A DNA stretch of 64,000 nt from Candidatus Sericytochromatia bacterium (lineage in GTDB: Bacteria; Cyanobacteriota; Sericytochromatia; S15B-MN24; JAQBPE01), in NCBI GenBank assembly GCA_035285125.1, contig JAYKHR010000066.1, positions 1-64,000 on the forward strand, in the 5' to 3' direction. A model generated the notes under the pieces. It had not been told where the DNA came from. It worked only from the letters and a program-made list of their open reading frames with translations, and made no database searches. The first letter of the stretch is position 1. Each line of letters opens with the position of its first letter. Shown piece after piece: positions 47,487-59,766 of this stretch. A program made the translations under genes and the position numbers.

Positions 47487-49064
47487 ATGCTGCACAGGTC
47501 GCGCGGCAGGCCATTGCCGCTCTGGGTCGTGAATGGGTTCGCGTTTGCGCTGGTGCTGGCGTCGAGCGGCGTGCTGGCGTGGCTGCTCCGCGACGGGAAG
47601 CCAGACAGGCGAATCCTGACGGGGCTGCTGGGCACGATGGCGGTGCTGCCGGCCCTCGCCCGCTGGCAGGCCGGGTGGTTGGCGCTCTTCGTGACCATGC
47701 CCTGGATCGCCTGGGTGCGTCGGGTGCAGCTGCTCATTGCCCCTCAGAGCGAGGGCATCGAACGGTTCGACCCCCTGCTGCTGGTGCCCGACGCGCTAGC
47801 GGGCGTGGCGCTACTCGGCTACTTGCTGATGCAGCGATTCTCTCGGCGGGTTGAACCTCAGCCGGGGGAGCGCCTCCTGCACAGCTTGCTCGTCGGGCTT
47901 GTCGGCATCACATTCCTCGAGGTGTTCAACCCGCTGATGGGAAGCGTCGCTGCTGGCGTCAACGGGCTGCGGGTCTTCACGCTCTATGTGGGGCTCTACT
48001 GGGTCACGGCCCACGTGTGCCAGCTCGAAGAACGGGTACACGCCTGGATCAGCGTGACGGTCTTCGCAGGCTTGGTGAGCGGCCTGTACGGCATCGGGCA
48101 GCACTTCGTCGGGCTGCCGAGCTACGACTGGATCTGGGTGCACAGTGCGAAGATGGGGCACCAGATGGTCGGCGACAAGGTCCGCATCTTCTCCACGTTC
48201 AGCTTCACGAGCACCTTCTCGCACTTTGCCCTGATCGGCGTCTGCTTCGGGCTGACGGCCTGGCGGCTCCGGCGGCTCTCCCTCTTCACCCAGCTGCTCT
48301 CGCCGCTTTGCACCATCGTCTCCCTGAGCGCCCTCCTGCTGACGTTCGTGAGAAGCTCCTACGTCGGCCTCTTCGTGGCCCTTGTCGCGGGGGCGGTGCT
48401 CGCAGGTGAGCCCAGGCGCCGCTTGCTCCGGCTGGTGGGCCTGTTTGCGGTCGGCGCCGCCTGCGTGTTCCTCCTGCCCTCCAGCGCCGGCGACTCTGCG
48501 CGCGTGGATGCGCCCAGCGGGTCGGCCTCCGCCATGGTGGCGCAGCGCCTGACCTCGATCGGGCAGGGGGCCGAGAACAGCTCCGTGTCCTATCGGGTGG
48601 GCCTCTGGAAGCGGCACTTTGCCCTGGTCACGGAGTTCATTCCCATGGGGGTGGGTATCGGGGCCGGGAGCGGCACCCGCTTCGGGGGCGATCCGTGGGC
48701 CGAGACGACGGCCTACACCGAGAGCCAGTTTGTCAGTGCGCTAGCTGAACTGGGCTGGCCGGGCTTCTTGCTGTTTGTCGGCACGACGGTGTTCGGCCTC
48801 GTTTACACCGTCCGCACCCACGACCGCCTGATCGACCCCGAGCGCCGCCGGTTGCTCCACCTGTGCTTCATGGTGCAGTGTGGCATCTTGATTGCTGGCA
48901 TCACCGGGGGCCCTGTGCTCTACACCCAGCCGGGTTGCGCCTACTACTGGGCCGCCTTAGGAATTGTGACCGCGCTCAGCCGCGCCGAGGCGGCCGAGCG
49001 GCGCCGGGAGGCTGAGGCCCTCACGGCGGTAGTGCCTCCAGGAAGGCTCCCACTGCCTGGTTGA
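47487..49064 (+). CDS. O-antigen ligase / Wzy-like polymerase
   Basis: About 12 TM segments; RIFSTFS, LTFVRSS, GVGIG and ES....LAELG..G. Confidence 0.85.
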   Translation: MLHRSRGRPLPLWVVNGFAFALVLASSGVLAWLLRDGKPDRRILTGLLGTMAVLPALARWQAGWLALFVTMPWIAWVRRVQLLIAPQSEGIERFDPLLLVPDALAGVALLGYLLMQRFSRRVEPQPGERLLHSLLVGLVGITFLEVFNPLMGSVAAGVNGLRVFTLYVGLYWVTAHVCQLEERVHAWISVTVFAGLVSGLYGIGQHFVGLPSYDWIWVHSAKMGHQMVGDKVRIFSTFSFTSTFSHFALIGVCFGLTAWRLRRLSLFTQLLSPLCTIVSLSALLLTFVRSSYVGLFVALVAGAVLAGEPRRRLLRLVGLFAVGAACVFLLPSSAGDSARVDAPSGSASAMVAQRLTSIGQGAENSSVSYRVGLWKRHFALVTEFIPMGVGIGAGSGTRFGGDPWAETTAYTESQFVSALAELGWPGFLLFVGTTVFGLVYTVRTHDRLIDPERRRLLHLCFMVQCGILIAGITGGPVLYTQPGCAYYWAALGIVTALSRAEAAERRREAEALTAVVPPGRLPLPG

Positions 49065-49827
49065 AGGCCTCGGGCTGCTCGAGGTTCGACAGGTGGCCGG
49101 CGGCAGGCAAGCGGGAGATGGTGCCAAGCGGCACCGCTGCGGCTAGCCCCTCCATTTCCTCGGGCGGCGTGAGGGCATCCCCCTCCCCCACGACAGCCAG
49201 CACGGGCATCGCCAGGTGCGGCAGCAGGGGGGTGGCATCTGGCCGGCTCGCCATCATCCGGAGCGCGCCGGCCGCAACCGGGGGGCGCACGGCCCTGGCC
49301 CACTCGACCACGGTCGCGACCAGTGCGGGTCGTTCCACCCGCGTGGCGGCCGCCATCGCCCTGCCTGGGAAGCTGGCCGCCAGGTCCTCCACACCCTCCT
49401 CGGTCACACGCTGGGCCAGGGCTTCCCGCCCCGCTCGCACCTCGGCGCTGTCCGCAGCCGCCCGGGTGTCTGCCAGCACCAGGCCACGCAAGGCCTCGGG
49501 GTGACGCCGGGCCAGCGCGAGGGCCACGTAACCGCCCATGGACAGCCCCCCCACGACGTATCGGCCGTGCCCCAGGGCCTCCATCGCGTGGTGAACCACG
49601 TCTGCCAGCCCGTCCACCGTCATCTCGCCGTCGGTGGTCTGTGACGATCCGAAGCCGGGGAGGTCGAGCGTCACGACGTGGGCGTGGTCAGCCAACCCTT
49701 CGAGCTGGGGATCCCACATGCGCTGGTTCAGGGGAAAGGCGTGCAGCAACAGCAGCACGGGCCCCTGGCCGCTGGCCGTGTAGGCAATCTCCAGGCCATC
49801 GACGGTGATGCGCTCGACGCCGTTCAT
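49021..49827 (-). CDS. Alpha/beta-fold hydrolase
   Basis: LLHAFPL, DLPGFG, GLSMGG, GEGD and AGHLSNLE. Confidence 0.95.
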   Translation of the reverse strand: MNGVERITVDGLEIAYTASGQGPVLLLLHAFPLNQRMWDPQLEGLADHAHVVTLDLPGFGSSQTTDGEMTVDGLADVVHHAMEALGHGRYVVGGLSMGGYVALALARRHPEALRGLVLADTRAAADSAEVRAGREALAQRVTEEGVEDLAASFPGRAMAAATRVERPALVATVVEWARAVRPPVAAGALRMMASRPDATPLLPHLAMPVLAVVGEGDALTPPEEMEGLAAAVPLGTISRLPAAGHLSNLEQPEAFNQAVGAFLEALPP

Positions 49828-49843
49828 CTTGCCCCTCCCAAGG

Positions 49844-49954
49844 TCAGGGGGCGTGTCGGTATCGCCACAAGAGCCAGGCTCGCCTGCCCCCGGCCACCAG
49901 CACCAACACGGCCACCGGCCCGAACACCAGGATCTCGTCCACAGGAACCTTCAT
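49844..49954 (-). CDS. Candidate 36-aa single-TM small protein
   Basis: MKVPVDEILVFGPVAVLVLVAGGRRAWLLWRYRHAP fills the gap; TACCAT -10 lies 9 nt upstream. Confidence 0.45.
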   Translation of the reverse strand: MKVPVDEILVFGPVAVLVLVAGGRRAWLLWRYRHAP

Positions 49955-49995
49955 CGCCCAGCCATGGTAACACGCGCTGGGGCTGTCCCCAGGCG

Positions 49996-52553
<2,558 letters not shown>

Positions 52554-52629
52554 TTATAGCCGGCCGCCCAGGCCTGGGCCTCTAACATGTATTTGACGTG
52601 CACGAAACACGGATTTATCGATCACCTAA

Positions 52630-52656
52630 GAAAGATTGCCCGACTGGGCCCGATAA
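52630..52656 (+). promoter_or_regulatory. Sigma28 (FliA/WhiG)-like promoter
   Basis: GAAAGATT-N11-CCCGATAA versus consensus TAAAGTTT-N11-GCCGATAA. Confidence 0.5.
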
Positions 52657-52779
52657 CGGTTGACAGGGGGTGGTCTGGAGCCTCTCCCTGACCCCGGACC
52701 TGGCTCACGGCCGAGCGTGCCCGGGAGGCCTATCTGGCGTGGACGAAGCTGTCTGACACCCCCGGTGTGGAGGTACTCG

Positions 52780-53517
52780 ATGGAAAAGGTGTTCCAGTCC
52801 TACACCCCGCGTGAGAAAGAGCAGTTGGTGGAGAGCTATCTGCCGCTGGTCCGGAAGATCGCGCGCGGCCTCGCCCGCCGCAGCACTGATCCGGTCGAGG
52901 ACCTGATCCAGGTCGGTTCCATCGGCCTGCTCGAGGCGATCAACCGCTACGAGACCGGTCACAACACCGAGTTCAAAACCTACGCCGTACACTTCATCAC
53001 CGGGCACATCCGGCACTACCTTCGCGATCGCCAGAACCTGCTGCGCGGGCCTCGGGTGCTACAGGAACTCTCCTACCGTCTGAGCCAGGTCTCCAACCGG
53101 CTGACGCAGCAACTGGGACGCGACCCCTCCAACCAGGAGCTCGCGGATGCGCTGGAGGTCACGCCCGAGCAGGTTGATCAGGTCAAGATGTACGACAGGC
53201 GCGTCACCGTCTTGTGGCTCGACCAGGAAAGCGGCGACGCCGATGACGACGAGCAACGCTCGCTGCTCGACACGCTGTCGGACAACCGCGCGGGCACGGA
53301 CTCGCGCGAGGAACTCGACGACAGGCTCGTGCTGGCAGAGGCGTTGGGCCACCTCCCGGACGCCCAGCGCCGGCTGCTGGAGCTGAGGTACTTCCACGAC
53401 CTGACGCAGGCGGAGCTTTCCCGGCGGCTCGGGATCAGCCAGATGGAGGTCTGCCGCCGCCTGAAGAAGGCGGAGAAGCAGCTGCGCAAGGCTCTGGTGC
53501 CAGTTGGCGCGCCCTGA
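52780..53517 (+). CDS. Group 3 sigma factor, SigB/SigF/SigG family (SigF-like)
   Basis: EDLIQVGSIGL, GHIRHYLRD and LTQAELSRRLGISQMEVCR; GGAGG SD. Confidence 0.93.
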   Translation: MEKVFQSYTPREKEQLVESYLPLVRKIARGLARRSTDPVEDLIQVGSIGLLEAINRYETGHNTEFKTYAVHFITGHIRHYLRDRQNLLRGPRVLQELSYRLSQVSNRLTQQLGRDPSNQELADALEVTPEQVDQVKMYDRRVTVLWLDQESGDADDDEQRSLLDTLSDNRAGTDSREELDDRLVLAEALGHLPDAQRRLLELRYFHDLTQAELSRRLGISQMEVCRRLKKAEKQLRKALVPVGAP

Positions 53518-53526
53518 AGTTCGGCG

Positions 53527-54567
53527 TCACTCGCCGCTGGATGAGGGGTCCTGCTCGTAGGTATAACGCGTGATGTTCATGAGCCCCGCGAGCACCTCGC
53601 GGGGCTCAACGCCGCCGTGCACGATCTGATAGACCCCCTCCGTGATGGGCATGTGGACACCCTCCGCAGTGGCGTATTCGTGAACCGTCCTGGCCGTCTT
53701 GACGCCTTCCGCGACCTGGCGCATCTCACCCACGATGGCAGCCAGAGACTCGCCCCGGGCCAGCCTCAGGCCGACTTGAAAGTTTCGCGACAGCGGGGAA
53801 AAGCACGTGGCCATCAAATCCCCGATGCCCGACAGGCCGCTGAAGGTCTCCTGGCGTGCCCCGAGGTGGTGACCCAACCTCGCCACCTCTGCCAGCCCCC
53901 GCGTGAGCAGCAGGGCCCGGGTGTTGTCGCCGAACGAGAGGCCCGTCGCGATACCAGCGGCGATGGCCATGATGTTCTTCACCGCCCCGCCGACCTCTGC
54001 GCCCACGACGTCCGTGTTGCCGTAGACCCGGAACGTGGGCCCCGCGAGCACCGCCCGCGCGGCATCGATGACGGCGGGAAAGTGGCTCGCCACCACCGTG
54101 GCGCTGGGCTGTCCCTCCGCCACCTCCCTGGCGAGGTTGGGGCCTGACAGCACGCCGATCTGGCGGACGCAGGTCTCCTCGCGGACAACCTCGGACATAC
54201 GCTTCAACGTGCTTCCCTCGAAGCCCTTCACGGCATGGACCACCTGGTGGGCGCCGTCGAGGTGGGCGCCGAGCTCGGCCACCACGCCCCGCAAGCTGCC
54301 CGACGGCACCACCAGCAGGATGAGGCGACACCCCGTCCCTACCGCCTCGAGGGAGGTGGTCGCACGCACCCGCGCTGGCAGGACCATCCCTGGCAGGTAG
54401 CGCGTGTTGACGCGCGTCGCGTTGACCTCGTCCACGGTGCCGGCATCGCGCATCCAATGCAGCACGTCGTGCCCGTTGGAGCCGATCAGGTGGGAGAGGG
54501 CCGTACCCCAGCTACCGCCCCCGACGATGCCGACCGGGCTCGGTGCTGCCACTTCAGGCGAGGTCAT
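53527..54567 (-). CDS. gpsA: NAD(P)H-dependent glycerol-3-phosphate dehydrogenase
   Basis: GGGSWGTAL, LSGPNLA, GGAVKN, GDLMATC..PLSRN and AEGV. Confidence 0.96.
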   Translation of the reverse strand: MTSPEVAAPSPVGIVGGGSWGTALSHLIGSNGHDVLHWMRDAGTVDEVNATRVNTRYLPGMVLPARVRATTSLEAVGTGCRLILLVVPSGSLRGVVAELGAHLDGAHQVVHAVKGFEGSTLKRMSEVVREETCVRQIGVLSGPNLAREVAEGQPSATVVASHFPAVIDAARAVLAGPTFRVYGNTDVVGAEVGGAVKNIMAIAAGIATGLSFGDNTRALLLTRGLAEVARLGHHLGARQETFSGLSGIGDLMATCFSPLSRNFQVGLRLARGESLAAIVGEMRQVAEGVKTARTVHEYATAEGVHMPITEGVYQIVHGGVEPREVLAGLMNITRYTYEQDPSSSGE

Positions 54568-56170
54568 GTTCAGGTGCCTCCGTGTGCGCCGGCTGAAACA
54601 GGCGCTCCAGCCCATACCCTGTGAGCCGGTTGTGATAGTAGAAAAGCAACTTCATGTCCGTCAACGTGACCTCCCGCGTGTCCGTGGTGGCCAGCGGGCG
54701 GGTGTGGTACATCTGAAAGTAGGCCATCGCGACCCGGAAGACCTCCTCGTAAGGGCGGCTGCCGACGGTCTCTGAGAGGTGGATGCGGCCCGCCGCTGCC
54801 AGCTTGAAAAGCTGCTCCCTGACGCGAGCCAGAGCTTGCATCACGGCCTCGATGGGCAGCGTCGTGTCCCCAGGCAGCCGGATCAGGTGGTAGAGGTCCT
54901 GGCCCGGGTGCTTTCCCCTCACGAGCTCGAAGAGCGTGAACGCCACGAGGTGGGTGGAGAGTACCACGTTGTTGGCGAGGAATGAGGCCTGCACGGCCTC
55001 TCCGAGTTGCCGCGTGTACTCGGCATCTCGCGCCGGCACGTCAGCCACCTGGCCGGTGGTGGAGACGTACCTCGTCACGTCGATGGCCCGGCCGTGGCTG
55101 TCGCGGGAGGTGCCGTCTGCATCCACGGGGTTTCCGAAGACGTCCAGGGCTTGCCCCACGCGAAGCACCATCTGCCCCTCGAAGTTCATCACGGAGCGCG
55201 CGTAGGCCAGCCAGCGCTCCCACCGCGCGAACTCGTCGTCCTCGATGATGTAGCGGCTCTTGCCCTGCGCCTTCAGGTGGTCCTCGATTTGCGTCGCCCC
55301 CTCGAGGACGAGCGGGTAGTTGATGGTCATCGGAACCACGTAGATGTCGGGCGCGGCCCGCCCCGCCCGCACGTTGTTGATGTAGGCGGCCAGGCCAGTG
55401 CCCAGCAGGCCGAGCTTCAGCTTATGCTCCACGCCACCGGACCTCGACCGGGTGCCACCGGGGAAGAACAAGCTGTGGTAACCACGCTCCAGCACCACGG
55501 TGGAGTAGGTCTTGAGCACCTCCTTGTAGAGGCCGTTTCGGAGGCGTCGATCGACCTTGTAGGCGCCCAGGTTGTGCATGAAGAAGCCAATCAGCGGGTT
55601 CGCAAACAGGTTCTTGCCAGCCCCGTAGGTGAAGGGTGGCAGCCCCAGCCGGTCCAACGCGAAGCCGACGACGATGGAGTCGAGGTTCGACGAGTGGGTT
55701 GGCACCAGGATGACCGTGCCGCGGCGGGACAGCGCCTTGAGGGCCTCCACCTGTCCTTGCACCACAATGCGCCTCTCGAGTTCCTCGAGGCGCGGCGCGT
55801 TGCTCAGCGAGCGCCGGCGGAACAGCAGGCTCAGCCCGCGCGGGATGACCCCCGTGGCAAAGCGGTACACCCAGGGCGTGAAGCTGCCCACGATGTCCCG
55901 CCCGTAGCCCTCCGTGATCTCGCGGAGCTTGGCGTGCTTCGCCTCCGGGCTACGCCGTCCGAGCGTCCTGTAGAGGTCCAGCCAGCCGCGCAGGGCCTCG
56001 GCGCGGCGTGGATCGGCCTCGAGGCGCGCGATCTCGTGAAAGGCCACGTCGTTGACGGCGAGCTCGACGGCCGCCTCACTGACGCCCACGCGCTGCAGGG
56101 TGCGCTGCACCACATCGGTGACGAGGCTGTCGCGCTCGGCGTTCAGCTGGTAGATCCGTCCCTCACCCAT
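54554..56170 (-). CDS. Glycerol-3-phosphate acyltransferase (PlsB-like, HX4D)
   Basis: PTHSSNLD, GAGKNL and FFPGGTRSRSG; directly upstream of gpsA. Confidence 0.88.
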   Translation of the reverse strand: MGEGRIYQLNAERDSLVTDVVQRTLQRVGVSEAAVELAVNDVAFHEIARLEADPRRAEALRGWLDLYRTLGRRSPEAKHAKLREITEGYGRDIVGSFTPWVYRFATGVIPRGLSLLFRRRSLSNAPRLEELERRIVVQGQVEALKALSRRGTVILVPTHSSNLDSIVVGFALDRLGLPPFTYGAGKNLFANPLIGFFMHNLGAYKVDRRLRNGLYKEVLKTYSTVVLERGYHSLFFPGGTRSRSGGVEHKLKLGLLGTGLAAYINNVRAGRAAPDIYVVPMTINYPLVLEGATQIEDHLKAQGKSRYIIEDDEFARWERWLAYARSVMNFEGQMVLRVGQALDVFGNPVDADGTSRDSHGRAIDVTRYVSTTGQVADVPARDAEYTRQLGEAVQASFLANNVVLSTHLVAFTLFELVRGKHPGQDLYHLIRLPGDTTLPIEAVMQALARVREQLFKLAAAGRIHLSETVGSRPYEEVFRVAMAYFQMYHTRPLATTDTREVTLTDMKLLFYYHNRLTGYGLERLFQPAHTEAPEHDLA

Positions 56171-56238
56171 CTGGTGCTCCCCTGCCGAACCACCCTAGCC
56201 GTATACCCCTCCCCACCACATCTGCTAGCATGCCGGCC

Positions 56239-57735
56239 GTGACGAGCCGCTCAGTGGCCGAGGCCTACCACGAACAGACGAAGTACAGCCCCGCGAGCAT
56301 CGCCGCTGGGCGTCGCAGCCTGGACTTCGACGCCCAGCCCTCGGCCTTCAAGAGCTACCCGCACGGTGAGGCCGTCGATCTGACGCGCTTCCTCCCAGAC
56401 GGCGACGAGCTACGATCGGATGCCGCGCTCGCCGCCTGGCGGGAGGCGCTCCCCGAGGCGGAACGCGGCCTCGCAGAGCTGTCGCACCTGCTTTACTTCA
56501 CCAACGGCGTCACCGGGCTGGTGCCGCAGCGCCCCGCGCCCCTCCTGATGCGTGCCGCCCCCTCGGCAGGTGGCCTTTACCCGACCGAGCTTTACCTCGT
56601 CGTCCGGGACCGCACCGGCTTGTCGGACGGGATCTACAACTACCTGGTGCGAGATCACGCCCTCGTCAGGGTGTGTGGCGTGCCGTCGCCTGAGTTTGTC
56701 GACGCCGCCTGCTTCGGGGCGCCGGAGGTAGCCCGGGCGGACATTCTCGTCATCTGCACCGGGGTGTTCGCCCGGAGCGCCTGGCGTTACGAGGACAGGG
56801 CGTACAGACGGGTCTTGCTGGACACCGGGCACGTCATCGGCAACATGGCGCTCTGTGCCCCCCTGGTGGGGCACTCGCTGCAGCAGCTGGGGGGCTTCTC
56901 GGATGCGGCCTGGGAGGATGCCCTGTTCCTCGATCCGACGGAGGAGGGCGTGCTGGCGGTGGCCGCCCTGGGGATCGACAGCCGCGGGGGGCCCGTCCCG
57001 GTTTGGCCCGGCGAGCGCACGACGGCCTCCGACGTGCCCGCTGGTCAGCGCCTCGTGGCCCTGCACACGGCCACGCGCCTGCTGGTGCCGGCGGGCCAGG
57101 CGGTCGACGCGCACGCCTCCGAGGGCCCCGGCCCCGCGGCGCGGCTGATGCCGGGCCAGCAGCTGGCAGCAGACCCTACAGAGCTGACGGGCAGGCTCGG
57201 CGTCACGATCCTGTCCCGACGTTCCTGCCGCAGCTTCAGCGGAGGGGGGATCGACGTTGGCGCCCTCTCAGAGATGCTGGCGTTGGCGTTCGCCACCCGC
57301 GATCAGCTGGTGGCCCCGGGGCTGCTCCAAACCTGGCTGGTCGTGCACGACGTGGCAGGCATGGAGCCGGGGTGCTATCAGTATGACTCCGACCAGCAAC
57401 TGGCTCGACAGGTGCGGTTCTTGCCCCTGCGGGAGCCGATGCGGCGGCTCGCGCTCGGCCAGGATCTGGCTGGCGATGCGGCCGTGGTGGTCGTCCACAC
57501 GGCCAACCTGCCTGAAGCAGTCGCCAGGCTGGGGGACCGGGCCTACAGACACCTCCACATGGATGCCGGTCACGTCGGCCAACGGCTGAGCCTCGGTGCC
57601 GTGGCGCTCGGCTTGGGCGCCAGTGGCATCGGCGGGTTCTTCGACGACGAGGTCAACGACCTGGTGGGCATCCCCGCCACCCAGGCCGTGGTTTACCTCA
57701 CCACCCTGGGCGTCCCTGAGCGCGCGGAGCGGTGA
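56239..57735 (+). CDS. SagB/ThcOx-type tandem-domain nitroreductase
   Basis: YHEQTKY, RAAPSAGGLYP, WRYEDRAYRRVLLDTGH and a second domain with RAYRHLHMDAG. GTG start chosen because the upstream ATG sits inside the -10 box. Confidence 0.92.
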   Translation: MTSRSVAEAYHEQTKYSPASIAAGRRSLDFDAQPSAFKSYPHGEAVDLTRFLPDGDELRSDAALAAWREALPEAERGLAELSHLLYFTNGVTGLVPQRPAPLLMRAAPSAGGLYPTELYLVVRDRTGLSDGIYNYLVRDHALVRVCGVPSPEFVDAACFGAPEVARADILVICTGVFARSAWRYEDRAYRRVLLDTGHVIGNMALCAPLVGHSLQQLGGFSDAAWEDALFLDPTEEGVLAVAALGIDSRGGPVPVWPGERTTASDVPAGQRLVALHTATRLLVPAGQAVDAHASEGPGPAARLMPGQQLAADPTELTGRLGVTILSRRSCRSFSGGGIDVGALSEMLALAFATRDQLVAPGLLQTWLVVHDVAGMEPGCYQYDSDQQLARQVRFLPLREPMRRLALGQDLAGDAAVVVVHTANLPEAVARLGDRAYRHLHMDAGHVGQRLSLGAVALGLGASGIGGFFDDEVNDLVGIPATQAVVYLTTLGVPERAER

Positions 57736-58100
57736 GAGGCGTCGGTTCCGGAGGCCGCGTGGGACGCCAGCATCACGCCGGGGTAAAGCTCGAGGAACTC
57801 GCGCCAGGCGCGCGCAGCCGTGGGGCCGAGCGGCCCGAAGGCAAGCACCTCCAGGCTCCGCGAGGCGGCAGCGAGCCTCGCCGGCACGGCCCCGTCCCCC
57901 ACGGTGCGATGCAGCGCTTCCAGGCGCCAGGCCTCCAGCAGGGCCGCCCCGAACACCCCGGCCGCGAAGGCGCCCTCGATCACGCGAAGCGCCAGCTGCT
58001 CGGGCCAGGGCAGACCGGTCCGCGCCTGCGCAAAGACGGCATCGAGCCATTGCCGCAGGTGGACCAGTTCGTTCGGGACAGAGGCGTCGGGGGCTTGCAA
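57693..58100 (-). CDS. Hypothetical protein
   Basis: TTG start with upstream GGAG; fills the gap between convergent genes. Confidence 0.5.
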   Translation of the reverse strand: MQAPDASVPNELVHLRQWLDAVFAQARTGLPWPEQLALRVIEGAFAAGVFGAALLEAWRLEALHRTVGDGAVPARLAAASRSLEVLAFGPLGPTAARAWREFLELYPGVMLASHAASGTDASHRSARSGTPRVVR

Positions 58101-58143
58101 GCTCAGACTCCAGCTCGGGACACATACCCTTGCCCAAGACGGC

Positions 58144-58173
58144 TTGACACGCCTCAGCGCAGAGGGCTAAACC
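58144..58173 (+). promoter_or_regulatory. Sigma70-type promoter
   Basis: TTGACA-N18-TAAACC. Confidence 0.45.
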
Positions 58174-58219
58174 AGTGTGGCATATGCGGCACGTGACGTC
58201 TGTGCGCGAGGAGGCTTGC

Positions 58220-58645
58220 ATGCGTTCCTGGGCACTGCCCCTGGGAGGGGCCCTGGTGGCCCTGGGGATTGGGGCCCTTGCGGCCTGCGAGGCCCCTGAT
58301 CCGAGCGTCGTGAGCGGCAGGGTCGTCCTCGCCCCCGGCGTGCGATCGACGCTGGGGGAGAGCGATGCCCTGTTCGTCGTGGCGAGGTCGGGCGACGGCA
58401 AGCCGGGCCCTCCGGTCGCCGTGGTCAAGCACCTCGGCGCGAGGCTGCCGATGAGCTACCGCATCGGGCAAGAGGACGTCCTGGAGCCCGGCCGCTTTTT
58501 TCGCGAGCCCGTGCGAATCCGCGTGATCGTTCGTCGTTCCGGGTTCGTGGGGGTCCCCGGGCCTGAAGACATGGAAGGCGAAGCCACGGGCACGGTTCAA
58601 CCCGGGACCGAAGGGGTCGACGTCGTGCTTCGCCCCCTTCGATGA
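58220..58645 (+). CDS. Lipoprotein resembling the CcmI/CycH C-terminal Ig-like domain
   Basis: Lipobox LAAC; LFVVAR..G.GPPVAV....LP, RRSG and GPEDMEG. Confidence 0.75.
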   Translation: MRSWALPLGGALVALGIGALAACEAPDPSVVSGRVVLAPGVRSTLGESDALFVVARSGDGKPGPPVAVVKHLGARLPMSYRIGQEDVLEPGRFFREPVRIRVIVRRSGFVGVPGPEDMEGEATGTVQPGTEGVDVVLRPLR

Positions 58646-59766
58646 CGGGGCCCCAAACGCACCGCATCTGGGTCGACGCTGATGGGGCCGTCTGGCTCGA
58701 GGACCCCGACGAGGCGCTCACGCCGCTGGCCTTGGCGCTGGCCCCAGACTTCGGGTGGCACGAGCCCGCACCGCTCTCCCTCGGTTGCCGCTTTCAAGCC
58801 TTGCGCGCCTGGCCCGTGCCGCGCCCGTGGCCAGCGTCCCTGCCAGGGCTCTGGCAGCTGCACGACGAGGCCCTGCATGCCCTGCAAGCAGGCGCTGTCC
58901 TGCCCGCCTCGCGGCCTGACCAGCCCAGCCTGCTCGACCTCAAGCGGGCCATCGCCCTGCAGTTGCTGGAGGCTTGCGTGCTGTGCGAGCACCGCTGCGG
59001 CGTGAACCGGGTGGCGGGGGAGCGCGGGCGCTGCGGGGTCGGCGCCCAGTCGCGCCACGCGCCCACCTTTGTGCACCTCGGGGAAGAGCGGGAGATCGCG
59101 CCGACGCTCTGTGTGCCGTTCACAGGTTGCTCTTGGCACTGCGTCTACTGCCACACGGCCGAGCTGATCAACCGCGTGGACACAGGGCCGACCCTGGATG
59201 TGGAGGGCCACGCAGCCATCTTCGCCGCGGCCTCGCAACCTGGGGTGCGCTCGCTGAGCTTCGTCGGGGGAAACCCCGACCACCACCTCGCCGCGGTGCT
59301 CGACCAGCTCGGGCACGCGCCTCCAGGCTTCGAACGGGCTGTGGTCTGGAACTCCAACATGTACGGCTCCCCGGAGCTGTATCGCCTCCTTGCGGGGGTC
59401 GTGGATGTCTACCTGGGCGACTGGCGGTACGGCAACGACGCTTGCGCGAGCAGGTTGTCTGGCATCGACGGCTGCTGGGACGCCGTGGCCCGGAACTGGG
59501 AGCTGGTCACGCGCCAGGGGGCGCTGTGCATCGCCCGGGTCCTCATCTTGCCAGGCCACCATGCCTGTTGCACGCGACCGATCCTGACGCACCTCAGCCA
59601 GGCCCACCCGGGGATCCTGGTGTCCTTGCTCGACCAGTATCACCCTGCCTACAGGGCCGGGCGGGCGGCCCCCGAGCTGGCCCGCGTGCCCACGGCCGAG
59701 GAGGTGGCTCTGGCCCGAGCGGAAGCGGAGGCGCTCGGGCTCAGGCTGGTGCTACCTCACGGCTGA
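58642..59766 (+). CDS. PflX-like radical SAM protein
   Basis: CVLCEHRCGVNR..GRC, GCSWHCVYC, WNSNMY, VDVYLGD and LILPGH. Confidence 0.9.
   Translation: MTGPQTHRIWVDADGAVWLEDPDEALTPLALALAPDFGWHEPAPLSLGCRFQALRAWPVPRPWPASLPGLWQLHDEALHALQAGAVLPASRPDQPSLLDLKRAIALQLLEACVLCEHRCGVNRVAGERGRCGVGAQSRHAPTFVHLGEEREIAPTLCVPFTGCSWHCVYCHTAELINRVDTGPTLDVEGHAAIFAAASQPGVRSLSFVGGNPDHHLAAVLDQLGHAPPGFERAVVWNSNMYGSPELYRLLAGVVDVYLGDWRYGNDACASRLSGIDGCWDAVARNWELVTRQGALCIARVLILPGHHACCTRPILTHLSQAHPGILVSLLDQYHPAYRAGRAAPELARVPTAEEVALARAEAEALGLRLVLPHG

Noticed and set aside
56239..59766. RiPP cluster (SagB-type oxidase plus radical SAM)
   Set aside because: There is no YcaO, precursor peptide or transporter, and both families commonly occur alone.
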